The notes under the pieces are model-generated. The model did not search any database. It had not been told where the DNA came from and was given only the letters and a program-made list of their open reading frames with translations. Below, piece by piece: positions 1-14,109 of a stretch of DNA of 38,993 bases. The stretch's first letter is position 1, and each line of letters begins with the position of its first letter. Origin of the DNA: Octopus bimaculoides (taxonomy: Eukaryota); contig NC_068982.1 of the NCBI RefSeq assembly GCF_001194135.2, positions 112,933,474 through 112,972,466 on the forward strand, in the 5' to 3' direction. A program made the position numbers and the translations under genes.

Positions 1-30
1 AAGTGAAAGCACGTTATAAAACTAAAACTA

Positions 31-33
<3 letters not shown>

Positions 34-125
<92 letters not shown>

Positions 126-140
126 TAATAATAATATAAC
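34..140. repeat. (AAT)n microsatellite
   Basis: Direct read of near-perfect AAT run. Confidence 0.97.
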
Positions 141-280
141 AACAATACTAAAATATTTTTTATGATGAAATTATTTTATCATTCTAGCATTTTCTACCTT
201 GACTTACTTTTCTTATACACATCAACTCGTGTGTTCCTTTTCAAACTTCTACATATATATACATACAAATACACATATGA

Positions 281-669
281 TAGCGCAATATTGTTGAATG
301 GTTGAAAAGTTTGACTCACGAACACGGGGTACTGGTTTTGATTCTACAGCTTGCCATCATAGTCAAGTGTTGTTTTCCGTAGCCTTGGCTGGGCGTATCT
401 CTAGTAAGATTAATTGGGAAAACGTAAACTGAAGGATGTATTGGGTTGGTAATTTTAAAGCACGCTTTGAAACAACTTGTATCATGGTGACTTGTCTTCA
501 AAATTATGCTAAGGATAGCCATGTCTACGGAATACTAAGCCAATTACAGATTAATTCAGGAAATAAGCAAGTAATTCGACTGAACAATGTAATCCTACAT
601 ATCCAGCGTAGGTAGTTAGATAGGTGTATAGAAGTGAATTTATGTATATATCTACCGCTTTCCCTCTTT
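281..669 (+). mobile_element. Degenerate tRNA-derived SINE ending in an (AAT)n tail
   Basis: 5' end has decayed A-box (GTTGAATGGTTGAAAAG) and B-box-like (GGTTTTGATTCT) motifs; the body AGTCAAGTGTTGTTTTCCGTAGCCTTGGCTG resembles the SINE at 15005; it runs into AAT repeats at about 670. Confidence 0.5.
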
Positions 670-995
<326 letters not shown>

Positions 996-1196
996 TATAT
1001 GTATGTATGAATATATGTATGTATTTATATGGGCTTTATGCATTTATAGTAAATATATATTTGTAGACAGTTATAATAGCTATTAAAGAAAATTATGAAT
1101 ATTTAATTTACATGAAAATAACTGGGCATAATTTGCAAATTACAAGATTATAAAATTTAAATTTCAAAGTATATTAACTGCAGAAATGACACAATA

Positions 1197-1446
<250 letters not shown>

Positions 1447-1942
1447 TTAGTCATACATACATATCGATTTTTGCTGAATGCTAGGTGAAGGTGACCTTTG
1501 CAATTGAACTACATTCACTAATATATAAAACGTATATCATTAGATATTAATACTGACATTATATGTTAATATTTGAACAGATAGGAAGAAAAATGAAATT
1601 AATGTTACTCAAGAGGCCAGAGTGAGAAATTATTGCATTGATATTTTCTATTTCAGCGACATGAAAATTACTTCATTTCTTTCATATAACAAATCACGAC
1701 ATGTTAAAACCCAACTGTGAAAACGGGGAATACTGAATATAGTAAACGTAGTTATACTTAGAATGCACATATGCAGACACCAGAGTTATTAACACATGCG
1801 CACTGAAGAAAGCGATGGCTTCTACATACGCATGTGTGCGCACACATACATGAACATTGCACACAGTTCAGATGTATATTAAATTATCTGATAAATTAAT
1901 CATATAATCCATAATTCACTGCAAATTTCTGAGTTTTGCTGG

Positions 1943-2030
1943 AGTTATTATTATTATTTTCATTATTATGTTTGCTGTTCTTGTTTTTATTATTATCATC
2001 ACCATTATCATCATTATTATCATTATCAAT

Positions 2031-2093
<63 letters not shown>

Positions 2094-2186
2094 GTCATTG
2101 TTTTTGTGGTTATTATTATTAGTATATTGTTATTATTATAGATATTATTATTATCATTGTTTTTGTGGTCATTATTATTATTATTA

Positions 2187-2224
<38 letters not shown>

Positions 2225-2226
2225 TT
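1943..2226. repeat. Imperfect (ATT)n/(ATC)n microsatellite
   Basis: Direct read; explains ORFs 1916..2290, 1936..2238 and 2157..2369. Confidence 0.95.
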
Positions 2227-2873
2227 GTTCTAACTTAACATGTCTGCCTCCTGTAGCAACAGCAGTGACGTCACGGATGAAATCATGCATTATAATTGCT
2301 AATCAGTTAACACTAATCTATTTCTATTCACATCAGACCGTGAGTTCAAATACAATGAACTATATTTAAAATTAAAGTGCATAAAGACAAATTTAGTTTC
2401 CTAAACTATAACGGACTATAGAAAAAAATGTGCAAACCTCGTAATACAAAGAAACCGATGACGGTACACATCATCAGCAATTAGTCAATTGTAGATTGTT
2501 ATCGTGTCCTTCATCAGGGAGTGTAAGAAAAAGTGTAAAACTTAGTGTAGACTAATAAAAAAAAATGCAGATCTAGTAACAGTGTATTTTGTGAAAAAAT
2601 AGACAAGTATGGCATCCAAGGCAGGAGAATGTGAAGATACCTCGTTGCATGTTGGCAAAATGGAAACTCCAACTGGAAGTTCAGGCAAACTTTAACCGCT
2701 AGAGACAAGAAGGATGGGGCCTTACGAATGATTGGAGTAGTTATTAAATCCGATGGAGGCAATTAATCTCAGAGATTTGAAGCGGATATGATGAGAGGTA
2801 GAATAATTACCTCCGAAAGTAACTTATAGCTAAAATATAATACCCGTCCTTATATACACAACCACATGCATAT

Positions 2874-2948
<75 letters not shown>

Positions 2949-3353
2949 NNNNNNNNNNNNNNNNNNNNNNNNNNNNNNNNNNNNNNNNNNNNNNNNNNNN
3001 NNNNNNNNNNNNNNNNNNNNNNNNNNNNNNNNNNNNNNNNNNNNNNNNNNNNNNNNNNNNNNNNNNNNNNNNNNNNNNNNNNNNNNNNNNNNNNNNNNNN
3101 NNNNNNNNNNNNNNNNNNNNNNNNNNNNNNNNNNNNNNNNNNNNNNNNNNNNNNNNNNNNNNNNNNNNNNNNNNNNNNNNNNNNNNNNNNNNNNNNNNNN
3201 NNNNNNNNNNNNNNNNNNNNNNNNNNNNNNNNNNNNNNNNNNNNNNNNNNNNNNNNNNNNNNNNNNNNNNNNNNNNNNNNNNNNNNNNNNNNNNNNNNNN
3301 NNNNNNNNNNNNNNNNNNNNNNNNNNNNNNNNNNNNNNNNNNNNNNNNNNNNN
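2949..3353. other. Assembly gap (405 N) between an (AC)n run and an (AAT)n run
   Basis: N run. Confidence 0.99.
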
Positions 3354-3467
<114 letters not shown>

Positions 3468-4305
3468 AGTGATCCGTAAGGATGCACTGAGGCGCTGAGG
3501 CACTGACATGAAGCGTCCAAGAACAAGCTCTGAGAATCAATTACACCAAGTTCCAAATAGAAAAGAGCAGTGAATCGCTTCCTTCTGTGGCAGCAAAAAG
3601 AAAACAATTTCATATTGTGAGTGAGTGTAGTAAGCAGGAAAAGGAGGCATGATAACGTGGATAAGTTTATTCACTGGGGACTGTCTGAAAAGTACAGTCT
3701 GGGCAGAACACGTAAATAGCACAAACATGAACCCAAGGGTGTCACTGAGAATAATGGATATAGGATATTACAATCCAACGTGACTCCCTAATCGATGCTC
3801 GGAGACCAGATATTGTTGTGGTAGATGAAAAGAAAGTAGTAAACTAAGATCTTAGTTATCATCGATCAGATATATGCCATACTTGTTGATATACTCGTAG
3901 ATGACAAAGACCTGGAAAACATGAAGAAATACAGACTAGTGAAAGACGAAATTGTGAGAATATGAGCAATGAGGAGAATAACTGTTATCTCACTGATTGT
4001 AGGGGCACTCGGTGCACTAACAACCAGGTTCGAGAAATATGTCGGAGAAACTGGAATTGTCATGAAGGCAGAGCAGGCAAAAAATAAATAAAAACTGCTC
4101 AGTTGGAGACAGCTAGGATTTTGAAGATGGTGCTTGGGTCTTGAGTGCCTTTAAGGATAAATTAACATTCAAGTACCAAAGCTTATAATTTGCGGAAACA
4201 GAACCCGCGAGACTTCTGACAACAGGCTACTGGCCGCTCTCACGGAATAAACCCGAGCAAGTAAATCCGAGAGGTCTGAGAAGTAAACTAATAATAATAA
4301 TAATG
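3468..4305 (+). mobile_element. R4/Dong-clade non-LTR retrotransposon, decayed 3' fragment (CCHC knuckle, restriction-like endonuclease, 3' UTR, TAA tail)
   Basis: Manual translation across frameshifts gives EQALRINYTKFQIEK, HIVSECSK, RRPDIVVVDEKK (about 3800), IVGALGALTTRFEKY and KTAQLETARILKMVLGS* (about 4091-4144), matching the R4/Dong C-terminus as I recall it; ends AAACTAATAATAATAATAATG. Confidence 0.85.
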
Positions 4306-4418
4306 ATAATCCTTTATACTAATGGCACAAGGCCTGAAATTTTTGGGGAGAGGAATAGTTGATTACATCGACCCCATAGTTTCACTAGTACTTAATTTAT
4401 CGACTCTGAAAGGATGAA
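4306..4418 (-). mobile_element. Nin/Deu-domain SINE fragment
   Basis: Reverse complement reads TTCATCCTTTCAGAGTCGATAAATTAAGTACTAGTGAAACTATGGGGTCGATGTAATCAAC..., homologous to the copies at 24887 and 31612. Confidence 0.7.
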
Positions 4419-4454
4419 TAATAATAATAGTAGTAGTAGTAGTAGTAGTAGTAA

Positions 4455-4536
<82 letters not shown>
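4418..4536. repeat. Compound (AAT)n(AGT)n(AAT)n microsatellite
   Basis: Direct read. Confidence 0.95.
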
Positions 4537-4589
4537 CAGCTTTGAAACCTTTGATTTCTACACCTGTGAATAGCTATCATTTCGTTCCC

Positions 4590-5510
4590 CGCCGAGTATG
4601 CGAAAATGTGAGCACCTTCTTTATTTCAAGAACACTACTGTTTTCTGTTCGGAAAACTACTGTTCGGACAGACAAAAGATCATCTTTAAAAAACTTCATA
4701 TCTATAATTTTGTGATAAAAAATTTTAACTTACTTTTTCCATGAATATTAGAAAATGTAAACATCCTTTTTATTGTAAAAAAAAAATTAAAAAAAAAAAA
4801 AATACCACAGTATTCTCTGAACGGGCATGCAAAGGAACATCGCAAAAAATTTAGAAATTTTTGTGTGAACATTTTGCCTTCCCGTCTTCCCTGACTAACA
4901 GAATAGGTAAACATGCCTTTTATTATAATACAATTAAATGCACCCTAAACAATTAAGGAAGTAAGCACCTTCCAATATATACATACTGCACAACTACAAA
5001 AACTGTAAACCACAGCAAAACGTCTAAAAAGAAAAGGAAAATTCCAAAAGGAAAAGAAATTCAGAAATTCAAAAATCCAACAAGGTGAACATCGCTTCCT
5101 CCTGCTGGAATGTCTACAATATCTTGTGAATGTTTTAAATTTCCCTCAAAATAAAATAAGTTAGGAAACTTACATACCTACAGCTTTCGAACACACAAAC
5201 GATCAGTTTTAAAAACAAAAACATTAATATCTACATTTACTGTGTGTATACTTATCCTTTCCTCTCTCCGTGAGTATTCGAAAATGCAAACATCATCTTC
5301 CTTTTTTATTCTACGAACACTACCATTTCTCTCTGTGCGGTCATACAAAAGACCAGATTTAGTAAACCTTAAAACTTTACTTGTTTTCTTTTCTTTTTGA
5401 CTCTCCCTGAGTATTCGAAAATGTAAACATCCTTTTCATTACAAAAGTCCAACTGTATTCTCCGAATGGAAAGACAAACGAACATCTGAAGAAAACTTAC
5501 AAACCTTACT
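4590..5510. repeat. Diverged direct repeat pair (about 4590-4860 and 5265-5510), each with two GAGTATTCGAAAATGTAAACATC-like subunits
   Basis: Motif at about 4594, 4742, 5271 and 5409, followed in both copies by shared CACTAC...ACAAAAGA and GTATTCTCYGAAYGG...GAACATC segments. Confidence 0.65.
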
Positions 5511-5576
5511 ATATTACCCAAATACGTAAACACACATATTATTGCAACAACACAACTGAATTCAGTAATTCAAAAA

Positions 5577-5664
5577 NNNNNNNNNNNNNNNNNNNNNNNN
5601 NNNNNNNNNNNNNNNNNNNNNNNNNNNNNNNNNNNNNNNNNNNNNNNNNNNNNNNNNNNNNNNN
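5577..5664. other. Assembly gap (88 N)
   Basis: N run. Confidence 0.99.
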
Positions 5665-5693
5665 TATATATATATATATATATATATATATGA

Positions 5694-5729
<36 letters not shown>

Positions 5730-5989
5730 ATATATATTATTATTGTTGTTTCGTCTACCAGTAATTACAAATAGAACAGGTGGAATTGCTTCTTTTCAAG
5801 GCAGTGCCCCCAGTGGCCACTGGTAATAGTAAACACATTTGAACTGTGCTGTTGCTGTTGCTGTTGCTGCAACCACTGCTGCTGCTACACATAAAAATAA
5901 TAATGTCAGTGATATCAGTGATGATAATAATAATAATACTGAAAAGAAACGGGTGGAGCCTCATGGGCTGATTAATGATACATATATAT

Positions 5990-8122
5990 AGTGATGGTGT
6001 CACAATAAATACACTGGTAAATGCGCAACCTGATAATCGCTACCTCATATGAATGAAAATGAAAGAACAAAATATTATGAATAACGGTGGTAATGAAACT
6101 GAACCCAATGATGGTGACAGTGTTGCACCCGGTAGGCTCAGAGATTCTTGTCCGGTTTCAGCCTGTCAATAGCCAGAAATGGACCACCACACACGGCGTA
6201 GATGGAGCAAGCAAATTAATGCTGTGGTCATGGAGCGTTACTACTTGAGCAGTCCGGTCGATGAAAATGGTGCTCAAATTAGGGGTTACCGACAACGCAT
6301 GTATGATCATTGGAGAGAAAAGTGATTGTTTCAACTCACGGAACAGAGACTATGTGATTAAGCTAGAGCAATAAGGAAAAATTGTTGGTTCCCAAAAGTA
6401 GAGCTCGAAGCTATCAACAGCAGCAGAGATAACGATGAAAATAGAGTTCTTACTAATAAAAGTAATCTCATGGCACAGGAAAGGAACGATGGTGGCTTAC
6501 TTGATGAGAGACTTATAGATGATCTCAAAGAAGACAATAAAACTAATGGCGACATGACAGATGAACAAAAGGCAATCTACGACAGAATAAAGGCACGACG
6601 CCAGGAGAACGATAGCAACATTATTTGTGACATTATTTGATCGATGGGAATTGAACCAAGAAACGTAAAATGTCAATTAAATTCTGAAATACATCAGAAC
6701 AGAAATATATCGCAGAAACAAATAATTTGATTAAGGCAGCAATTATTGTAGCAGGAAACGTAGGTGTTGATGTCAAGAAAAAGAAACATAATGAGAGTGA
6801 CAAAAGAAAAGATCCATGGTAGAAAAGAAGAATACAAGCAGGGTTAGATATGCTCTCGAAGGAAATCTCTGTCTTAGACCGAAAAGAGAAAAGGGAGCTT
6901 AAAAGTGAACAAAAATACAAGGCGCTGAAAAGGAAGTATGATATTGAAATAAAGGGCCTGAAAGTAGTAATGGAGGAAGCGAAACAGCGCCTCGATGCAA
7001 AGAAAGCAAAGATGGTAAGATACAACTAAAGAATGAAGGGATACCAGCAGAATAGGTTATTCAGAGTAGATCAGAAGAGATTCTACAAAGAAATAAATGG
7101 AGAATGTACAGATGAAAGGCTGATACCAGATAACATTCATAGTCAAAGGTTTTCGAGTGACATCTGGAGCAAAGACAAAGAGCACAAGAAGGATGCTGAA
7201 TGGTGGCAAGAACAGAAACAAACTGCAGTCTGTCCAAAACAGACAGAACAAGTCATTTCAGTTATGAAAGTGAAGGAAATCAGCAAAAAAATGGGCAATT
7301 GGAAGTTCCCGGGATGAGATGGAGTTCAAGGCTACTAGATCAAAAGATTTGGTGAATGTCATGCACGAATAACTGCACAGCTCAACGCCTTGTTAAATAT
7401 CGACCAAGTAACACCAGAGTGGTTGGCAATGTGTAGAATTGTGCCGTGCTTGAAAAACATCGTAAAGTCAATACGGTGGACAATTACAGGCCTACATTTT
7501 GCTTGCTACTTATGTGGAAGTTATTAAATGGAATAGTTGTAGAGTCAATGTACGAACATCTGGAATAAACTGGAGTCCTGCCACATGAGCAGAAGGGATG
7601 CAAACATGTGCAGAGGTATCAAGGATAGACAAAACTGTACTTAGAGACTGCAAGAAGAGGAAAAGTAATTTAGCCATATCATGGATCGACTATCGTAAGG
7701 TGTACGATATGATCCCACATTGCATCGAATGTTGAGCGATTGCTTGGAAAAAGTATCGGGAAGCGGAGGACTGATCTGACAGCATATGGAAGAAGTTTAG
7801 GGACAATAGAAATGAGGAGAGGCATGTTCTAATGGGACTGCTTGTCCCCACTAATCTTTGTACTGTGCATGATACCGCTAACACTGATTCTGAGGAAAGC
7901 AAAGGCTGGGCAGAAAAGAGCTGACAACAAAAAGTCAACCAATTGTTATTCATGGATGACCTCAAACGTTATGGTAAAGATGAAGCCCAAGTCAGTTCCC
8001 TCGTTGATAGGGTGTATATATTCAGTGCTGATATCAGAATGGTGTGTGTGGTGTGTTAAATTTGAAGAGAGGCAAAACCAAATGTACGGGCGGGCTAGTG
8101 ATACTGTCAGAGGAGGTTATGA
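5990..8122 (+). mobile_element. R4/Dong-clade non-LTR retrotransposon, decayed N-terminal region plus reverse transcriptase, 3'-truncated at (TAG)n
   Basis: Translation across stops and frameshifts: RRRWSKQINAVVMERYYLS, GYRQRMYDHWREK*LFQLTEQRLCD*ARAIRKN, QQNRLFRVDQKRFYKEING, NWKFPG*DGVQGY, WIDYRKVYDMIPH, LSPLIFVLCMIPL, QLLFMDDLKRYGKD (FMDD at 7949-7960). Confidence 0.9.
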
Positions 8123-8124
8123 TT

Positions 8125-8181
<57 letters not shown>

Positions 8182-8281
8182 CAGAAGGAGCAGCAGCAGC
8201 AGTAGTATTAGTAATAGTTGTCGTGGTGGTGTTAGTAGTAGCAGAAGTAGCAGCAGCACTAGTAGCAACAGCAGCAGCAGA

Positions 8282-8363
<82 letters not shown>

Positions 8364-8365
8364 AT
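8125..8365. repeat. Compound (AGT)n/(AGC)n/(AGT)n microsatellite
   Basis: Direct read; source of the poly-V/A tail of ORF 7842..8420. Confidence 0.95.
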
Positions 8366-8540
8366 GATGTACCAACAAATGACACCTAATGGTTGTTTTA
8401 CTGTGAACTCAATGCTATGATAAGCCAGTCCCTTTTGTTGATATACCTAGATCCAAATGGATCCTGTAACTAATCAATAAATATAAATATGTGTGTGTGT
8501 GTGAGCGCACGTGCGTGTGTGTGCGTGCTGGTGTATGTTA

Positions 8541-8576
<36 letters not shown>

Positions 8577-9689
8577 ATGGATGATTTATTAGAACACCGA
8601 ATACTGCATTAATTACCTTCAGAGGGCATGGGGGGGGGGGGGTTAACAGCCGTATCCCACAATCTGCGATATATAGAATTTCAAGGTCCTTTCAAGCAGT
8701 GATGTCGCATAGAGCCAGTGACTAGCACCCACACTGAATTGCGGTAGCATAATTTTTACTGCAAACTATTTACAAATAATGTGAATACATTTACGTTATC
8801 CTTTATTGACAGTCTCTTTAAATTCTTTTGCTGGCAATTAGTACTTGTTATTAGTTTTGTAACAGATTCTGCTTAAAATAGGAAGCAAGCTGCGTTTCTA
8901 TGGCTATTAATGCCACATTTAGTATTCATAATTAAAATAGAAAATTCAATTAGAATTGTAATTTGAAAAGTTAATTTTGTTAATATGTCTATAATGAGGA
9001 TTAGAAATTTGAAATTAATTTATCAGTGATCACCATCGTATCGCGTTAATGATATAAAGTGTTTTTAATGTTATACTCATATTATAGTTGTTTAATATTT
9101 TTAGATTAAACTTTCATCCATATTCTGGTATGCTATGCATTTTCTAGAGTTTTATTATCCTACGGCATAATGCAGTTAACAGAAATAAACAATAATAAAA
9201 AAATTACTTTAGGAAGTAGGTTATCGAATAATTTACACAAGCTTTTAGTCCATGAGAATAATTTGGTATAAATTTTCAATGAGTATAGGTCAATATTTTG
9301 AAAGAATTTCCACTCTGGAAGGAAAAGCTGGATAATTTCCAAAGCAGGGATTCACTTGTATCCACACAGTGTTCATTTCTTTTCATAAATATCAATAACG
9401 ATGAATCCTTTTCTTCTTTGAATGGGTGCCACTGGTTGTCATTACCAGGAATGACATTAAGGAATTATGTTTAACTTTATAGATCATCAGTTGAAATGAA
9501 ACGTTAAGAGAATGCTAAGTTTGGAATTATATTGAAATCTAACCATGCGATTAAATGAAGCATAACAGTGTTAGGAAGTTAGAAGTAAAATTACATATTA
9601 AATGTATTATAATAATTACAAGTAAACATGTATTAACATCTAAAAATAAGATTAGAAGAACAGCTAATGTGATAATGAGTTACAAACAG

Positions 9690-9690
<1 letters not shown>

Positions 9691-9747
<57 letters not shown>

Positions 9748-9829
9748 GTGTGTGTGTGTGTATAAATACGTACACACAGTTATATATCCTCACATACATA
9801 CATACATACATACATACATACATACATAC
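9691..9829. repeat. (AT)n, (GT)n and (TACA)n microsatellite cluster
   Basis: Direct read. Confidence 0.93.
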
Positions 9830-10640
9830 GGGAGATGTGGTAATTTGGCCGTAGAAATTGTCTTACAGATATGACTGGGTTACCCTGATTGTGTAACATG
9901 GTGCATATTCCTGTTGCCAGACATAGAGTCTTCCAGCAGCCACCCTTTTGACCCAAGGCAGCACTACCTCTTCCAGGCACTTGATGTAGGCCTCCGTGCT
10001 GAGTCTGAGGACGTGTGTGAAATTGAATGGAGGCATAACATCGCCATCACTAGTGATCACTCCAAACACCATGATGTTCACTGCTTGTTTGATCTTTATC
10101 TCACATATTTTCGGTACATGGCAAGCCAACGGTTGTTCTGTGTTCACCATCTGATCCTGGCAGAAATTGTTTTCGTCTGAGAAAAACCAATGCGTGTTCG
10201 GATAGAGGGGATGCTTGAGTTTATTAAAAAAAACTGCCTAGCATGGTCTTTCCTATTGTCTTCGATGGTTTGGGATAAAAATTGGCACTTTCTCATCTTG
10301 TATCATCCACACCGAATGTTTTCATGCAATCCCTGATGGATAAGAAACACAGACACTTCCACATCTCTGGCAATGGTCCTGATTGACTGTCAATCGTAGC
10401 CTGGATCTCACACACAAATTCAGGAGTTGTTTTCTTATCAGAACGATCAGAGTGAGTTTTCCGAGCTGCCTTCGTAATCATCATTAGACTCATCTAACTT
10501 TTTTCCGAATCCTCCGCACTGCCCTCAGATTTAACCAAAGCACAATGAAATGTTCGTATTAGAGTTTCCGGCGGGAATGCTAAGCAATAAAGCATGCCGT
10601 TTCCAAATTTCCGGCAGAGTGAATTGCATCATGGTGTTGT
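9830..10640 (-). mobile_element. IS630/Tc1/mariner transposase pseudogene (DD37D/maT-like), 3'-truncated
   Basis: Minus-strand translation: start near 10632 (MMQFTLPEIWKRHALLL), RKTHSDRSDKKTTPEFVCEIQATID, WFFSDE (10172-10189), IMVFGVITSDGDVMPP, LEEVVLPWVKRVAAGRLYVWQQEYAPC. Frameshifted; the third catalytic Asp is missing, so the subfamily call rests on motif recall. Confidence 0.88.
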
Positions 10641-11450
10641 TTTTTTCTCACACACGGTGCCCAAGAGAAAAAGAAAACGGGGGAAAAATCGCCAACGATT
10701 CACATATATATACACATATACATATATAAGGTATATGTATATACATATACATATATAAGGTGATTTGCGACTTCGTAAAATTTGTTATTAATTCTTTGTA
10801 TTTCTTGTTAATTCGAGAAATGAAAAAGTTTTTTCTTGCAGAAAATTATATATAAAATATTGCTACGGTTTTTGCTTCTTTTATGCATAACAAATTCTCA
10901 ATTCATATTGTAATTTTTTTATATTTAACATAGAAAACATTAAAATATAGAAACATGTAATTTTTCGAAAAATCTTTTTTACGATTTTATCTTAGTCTTA
11001 TCTCCCCTACATTTCTACCTTATTCAACCTCTCAAAAACACTTCTTTATCACCGTACAATCTTTTTCAATAATCCTAACCACAGCATGTATTTTCTTTCT
11101 AGATTCTGTAATATTAACAACTATTCTTCTATCTTTATTCCTTCTTCTTAGACTTATTTCGCATAAACGAATGTAAACTTTTGACTAATAATAACATTTT
11201 TCCCTATAAAATTAAGCTAATAATTATCCACTCACAATCCTATATCTTTTTTCGTTTCAAATTCTAGTAACTTATATAAAACTATATTAACTATTTGTAT
11301 TTCTTATTCAAGGATTTAAAAAAAAACAATTTAAATATACACCATATTTTATTTTCATATATACCACTCATAACTGTGAAATGAAATATAAATTTAGATA
11401 GAGCTCTGCTCTCCCATTGGACGCTTATTCATTTATATATATACATATAT

Positions 11451-11789
11451 ATGCTGAGATACCCTTCGGTCATGACTGACCATGGGATTGCACCTAGAAA
11501 GTTACCTTCCCATGCACAAGGCCGGGTAAGGATGTTTTTTTATGGAAGACCAGCAGTTCGCCCATGCATACAGGCTTCCCCTCTCCACGCCACAAGTGTT
11601 ATCCAAAGGCAAAGGCAGATACAGCTTGGCACCTGTGATGTCGCAACTCATTTCTACAGCTGAGTGAACTGGAGCAACGTGAAATGAAGTGTCTTGCTCA
11701 AGAACACAACACGCAGCCCGGTCCGGGATTCGAACTCACAATCACGATTGTAAGCTCGACGCTCTAAGCACTGAGCCATGCGCCTTCAC
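11451..11789 (-). mobile_element. tRNA-derived SINE (CORE-like central domain)
   Basis: Minus strand starts GTGAAGGCGCATGGCTCAGTGCTTAG (A box) ... GAGTTCGAATCCC (B box), then TTGTGTTCTTGAGCAAGACACTTCATTTCAC. Confidence 0.85.
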
Positions 11790-11822
11790 TACACATACAT
11801 ACATACATACATACATATATAT

Positions 11823-12360
11823 NNNNNNNNNNNNNNNNNNNNNNNNNNNNNNNNNNNNNNNNNNNNNNNNNNNNNNNNNNNNNNNNNNNNNNNNNNNNNN
11901 NNNNNNNNNNNNNNNNNNNNNNNNNNNNNNNNNNNNNNNNNNNNNNNNNNNNNNNNNNNNNNNNNNNNNNNNNNNNNNNNNNNNNNNNNNNNNNNNNNNN
12001 NNNNNNNNNNNNNNNNNNNNNNNNNNNNNNNNNNNNNNNNNNNNNNNNNNNNNNNNNNNNNNNNNNNNNNNNNNNNNNNNNNNNNNNNNNNNNNNNNNNN
12101 NNNNNNNNNNNNNNNNNNNNNNNNNNNNNNNNNNNNNNNNNNNNNNNNNNNNNNNNNNNNNNNNNNNNNNNNNNNNNNNNNNNNNNNNNNNNNNNNNNNN
12201 NNNNNNNNNNNNNNNNNNNNNNNNNNNNNNNNNNNNNNNNNNNNNNNNNNNNNNNNNNNNNNNNNNNNNNNNNNNNNNNNNNNNNNNNNNNNNNNNNNNN
12301 NNNNNNNNNNNNNNNNNNNNNNNNNNNNNNNNNNNNNNNNNNNNNNNNNNNNNNNNNNNN
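11823..12360. other. Assembly gap (538 N) flanked by (TACA)/(TA) and (TA)/(TG) repeats
   Basis: N run. Confidence 0.99.
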
Positions 12361-12403
<43 letters not shown>

Positions 12404-12884
12404 ATATGTATGTGAGTGTGTGTGTGTATGTGTGTGTGTGTATGTGTGTGTGTGTGTGTGTATGTGTGTGTGTGTGTGTGTATGAAATTTGGAAGACAGA
12501 TATCGATATATATTATATGCCGTATTAACATCACTCAGTAGCAAAACGTAGCATCCTTTTTCATTAAATATCAAATATATGCATTTTCAGTCAATTCATC
12601 TTCACACGTTTTACTCACCTTGATATTGAACAAACTCATGAAATGCAATGAGCTACCAACATAATGAAATCTAGAAATATTTCGTCTTCCCATATTATTT
12701 TTCTCCTTTGTCATTATTCCTTTCGTTTCTGTAATTAATTTTCCATTGACGTTTCTGTTTCTCCACAAATTACAGATAATATAATGTTCATCGACGTTAT
12801 TTCTTTCTAAGATTATATCCAATATATTCGAAGAAATCTTTTATAAGCAGCTATTCCGAAATACAATCTTATATGTATGAGTGT

Positions 12885-12968
12885 ATGTATATAAGTATGT
12901 ATGTATGTATGTATGTATGTATGTATGTATGTACGTACGTACGTACTTAGTATGTATGTATGTATGTA
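12885..12968. repeat. (TATG)n/(TACG)n run, i.e. the (CATA)n 3' tail of the adjacent LINE
   Basis: Direct read. Confidence 0.9.
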
Positions 12969-14055
12969 TGTTTTGCTTCATGCATGTATTCCCATGCATA
13001 TAGTTGCATAACTAAACATGCTGATATATATTTAAACGATGAACTTTTTACAGTTCCAGTCATGGATTGGGTTTGTAGTAATCGAATAAGCTTTCTCCTT
13101 TCTTGTTTTGAGAAGCCTAAATTCTCAAGATTGGTATTTAGGCAGTGTGTTATATATCTCAGGTCCCCAATAATTACAGGTATAAACCTGAACCTGTAAT
13201 CTCGATAGAGTAACTGCAGATTTCTCAATAGATCAGCGTAGGTATTCTCTTTTTCACTGATCATCAGCTTTGTGTTAACTTCCACTGGGCATCTAATTTC
13301 CATATCTGTACGCAGTTTCTCTTCTCTATCCCAAATCATTATATCAGGTCTGTTGTCCTTGCATTTTATTGCGGTCTTCACTGAGATATTCTACCAGTAC
13401 TTCTTTTTGTTATGAGTAGCTATGGCTTCTACCAAACTGTGGTTTCTTATTTCTTTGTCTTCGCGGTTATCCTCCCGACGGATTTCATTATAGAGTGACC
13501 GAGCTACAACGTCATGTCTCCTCGGTAGATAAAACCGTGATGACATTTTCGGACAACTGCTTATAATGTGAGTGATATCTCCTGTGATAACACTACAAAG
13601 GCTGCATCGGCTGTCACATTTTCTTACTTTCCCTGCATCTCTATTCCTTTTGTACATCAGGTACTTGGTTGATATTTCCTGTTCCTCGATTGCAAACCTA
13701 TACTCTTCAAAGTGAAAGGTAGTAATCCGACTATTGGTCTATGATAAACTACTTTGATGAACTCTGTTACTATCCTTTCGGAGCTTTCTACTAACATATT
13801 CAAACATAGTCTTCTGCACATATAGGCTCATCTTTGGACATGTATTCTAGGTTCTCAGGCAAAGAATGATGCTCAAGATGCTGCGTTCCAAGTTTTATGA
13901 TGTTATCAGTCTCATGCATGGAAACTTGGACAAGGGATGCACTTCGACACTTGGTAGTTAAAAGATGTTGCCGAAGGCATGTGATAAACAATCAAAGGCA
14001 TGCTAGATCGATGTTAAGCCTCTGCCGCCTTGTTTTCGTTTTAGCGATCATCGTT
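12969..14055 (-). mobile_element. R4/Dong-clade non-LTR retrotransposon 3' fragment (second family)
   Basis: ORFs 13391..13657 (CSLCSVITGDITHIISSCPKMSSRFYLPRRHDVVAR, a CCHC knuckle) and 12947..13381 (NRPDIMIWDREEK...EKENTYADL...FIPVIIG, restriction-like endonuclease); upstream KRKQGGRGLTSI motif. Confidence 0.9.
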
Positions 14056-14109
14056 TGTTACTGACAGAACGCTGGTTCACAAACAAACTTTCACATATTT
14101 CCCTTGTAC

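Noticed and set aside
2500-2830. Possible Tc1-like HTH remnant (…TLTARDKKDGALRMI…)
   Set aside because: Only a short motif resemblance; no TIR or DDE motif; cannot be supported without a search.
12571-12822. Minus-strand ORF with a strong donor (CAAG|GTGAGT at about 12619) and a plus-strand AG-free pyrimidine tract ending 12775
   Set aside because: The minus acceptor context is purine-rich; the plus acceptor is followed by stops in all frames and no donor; no recognisable protein.
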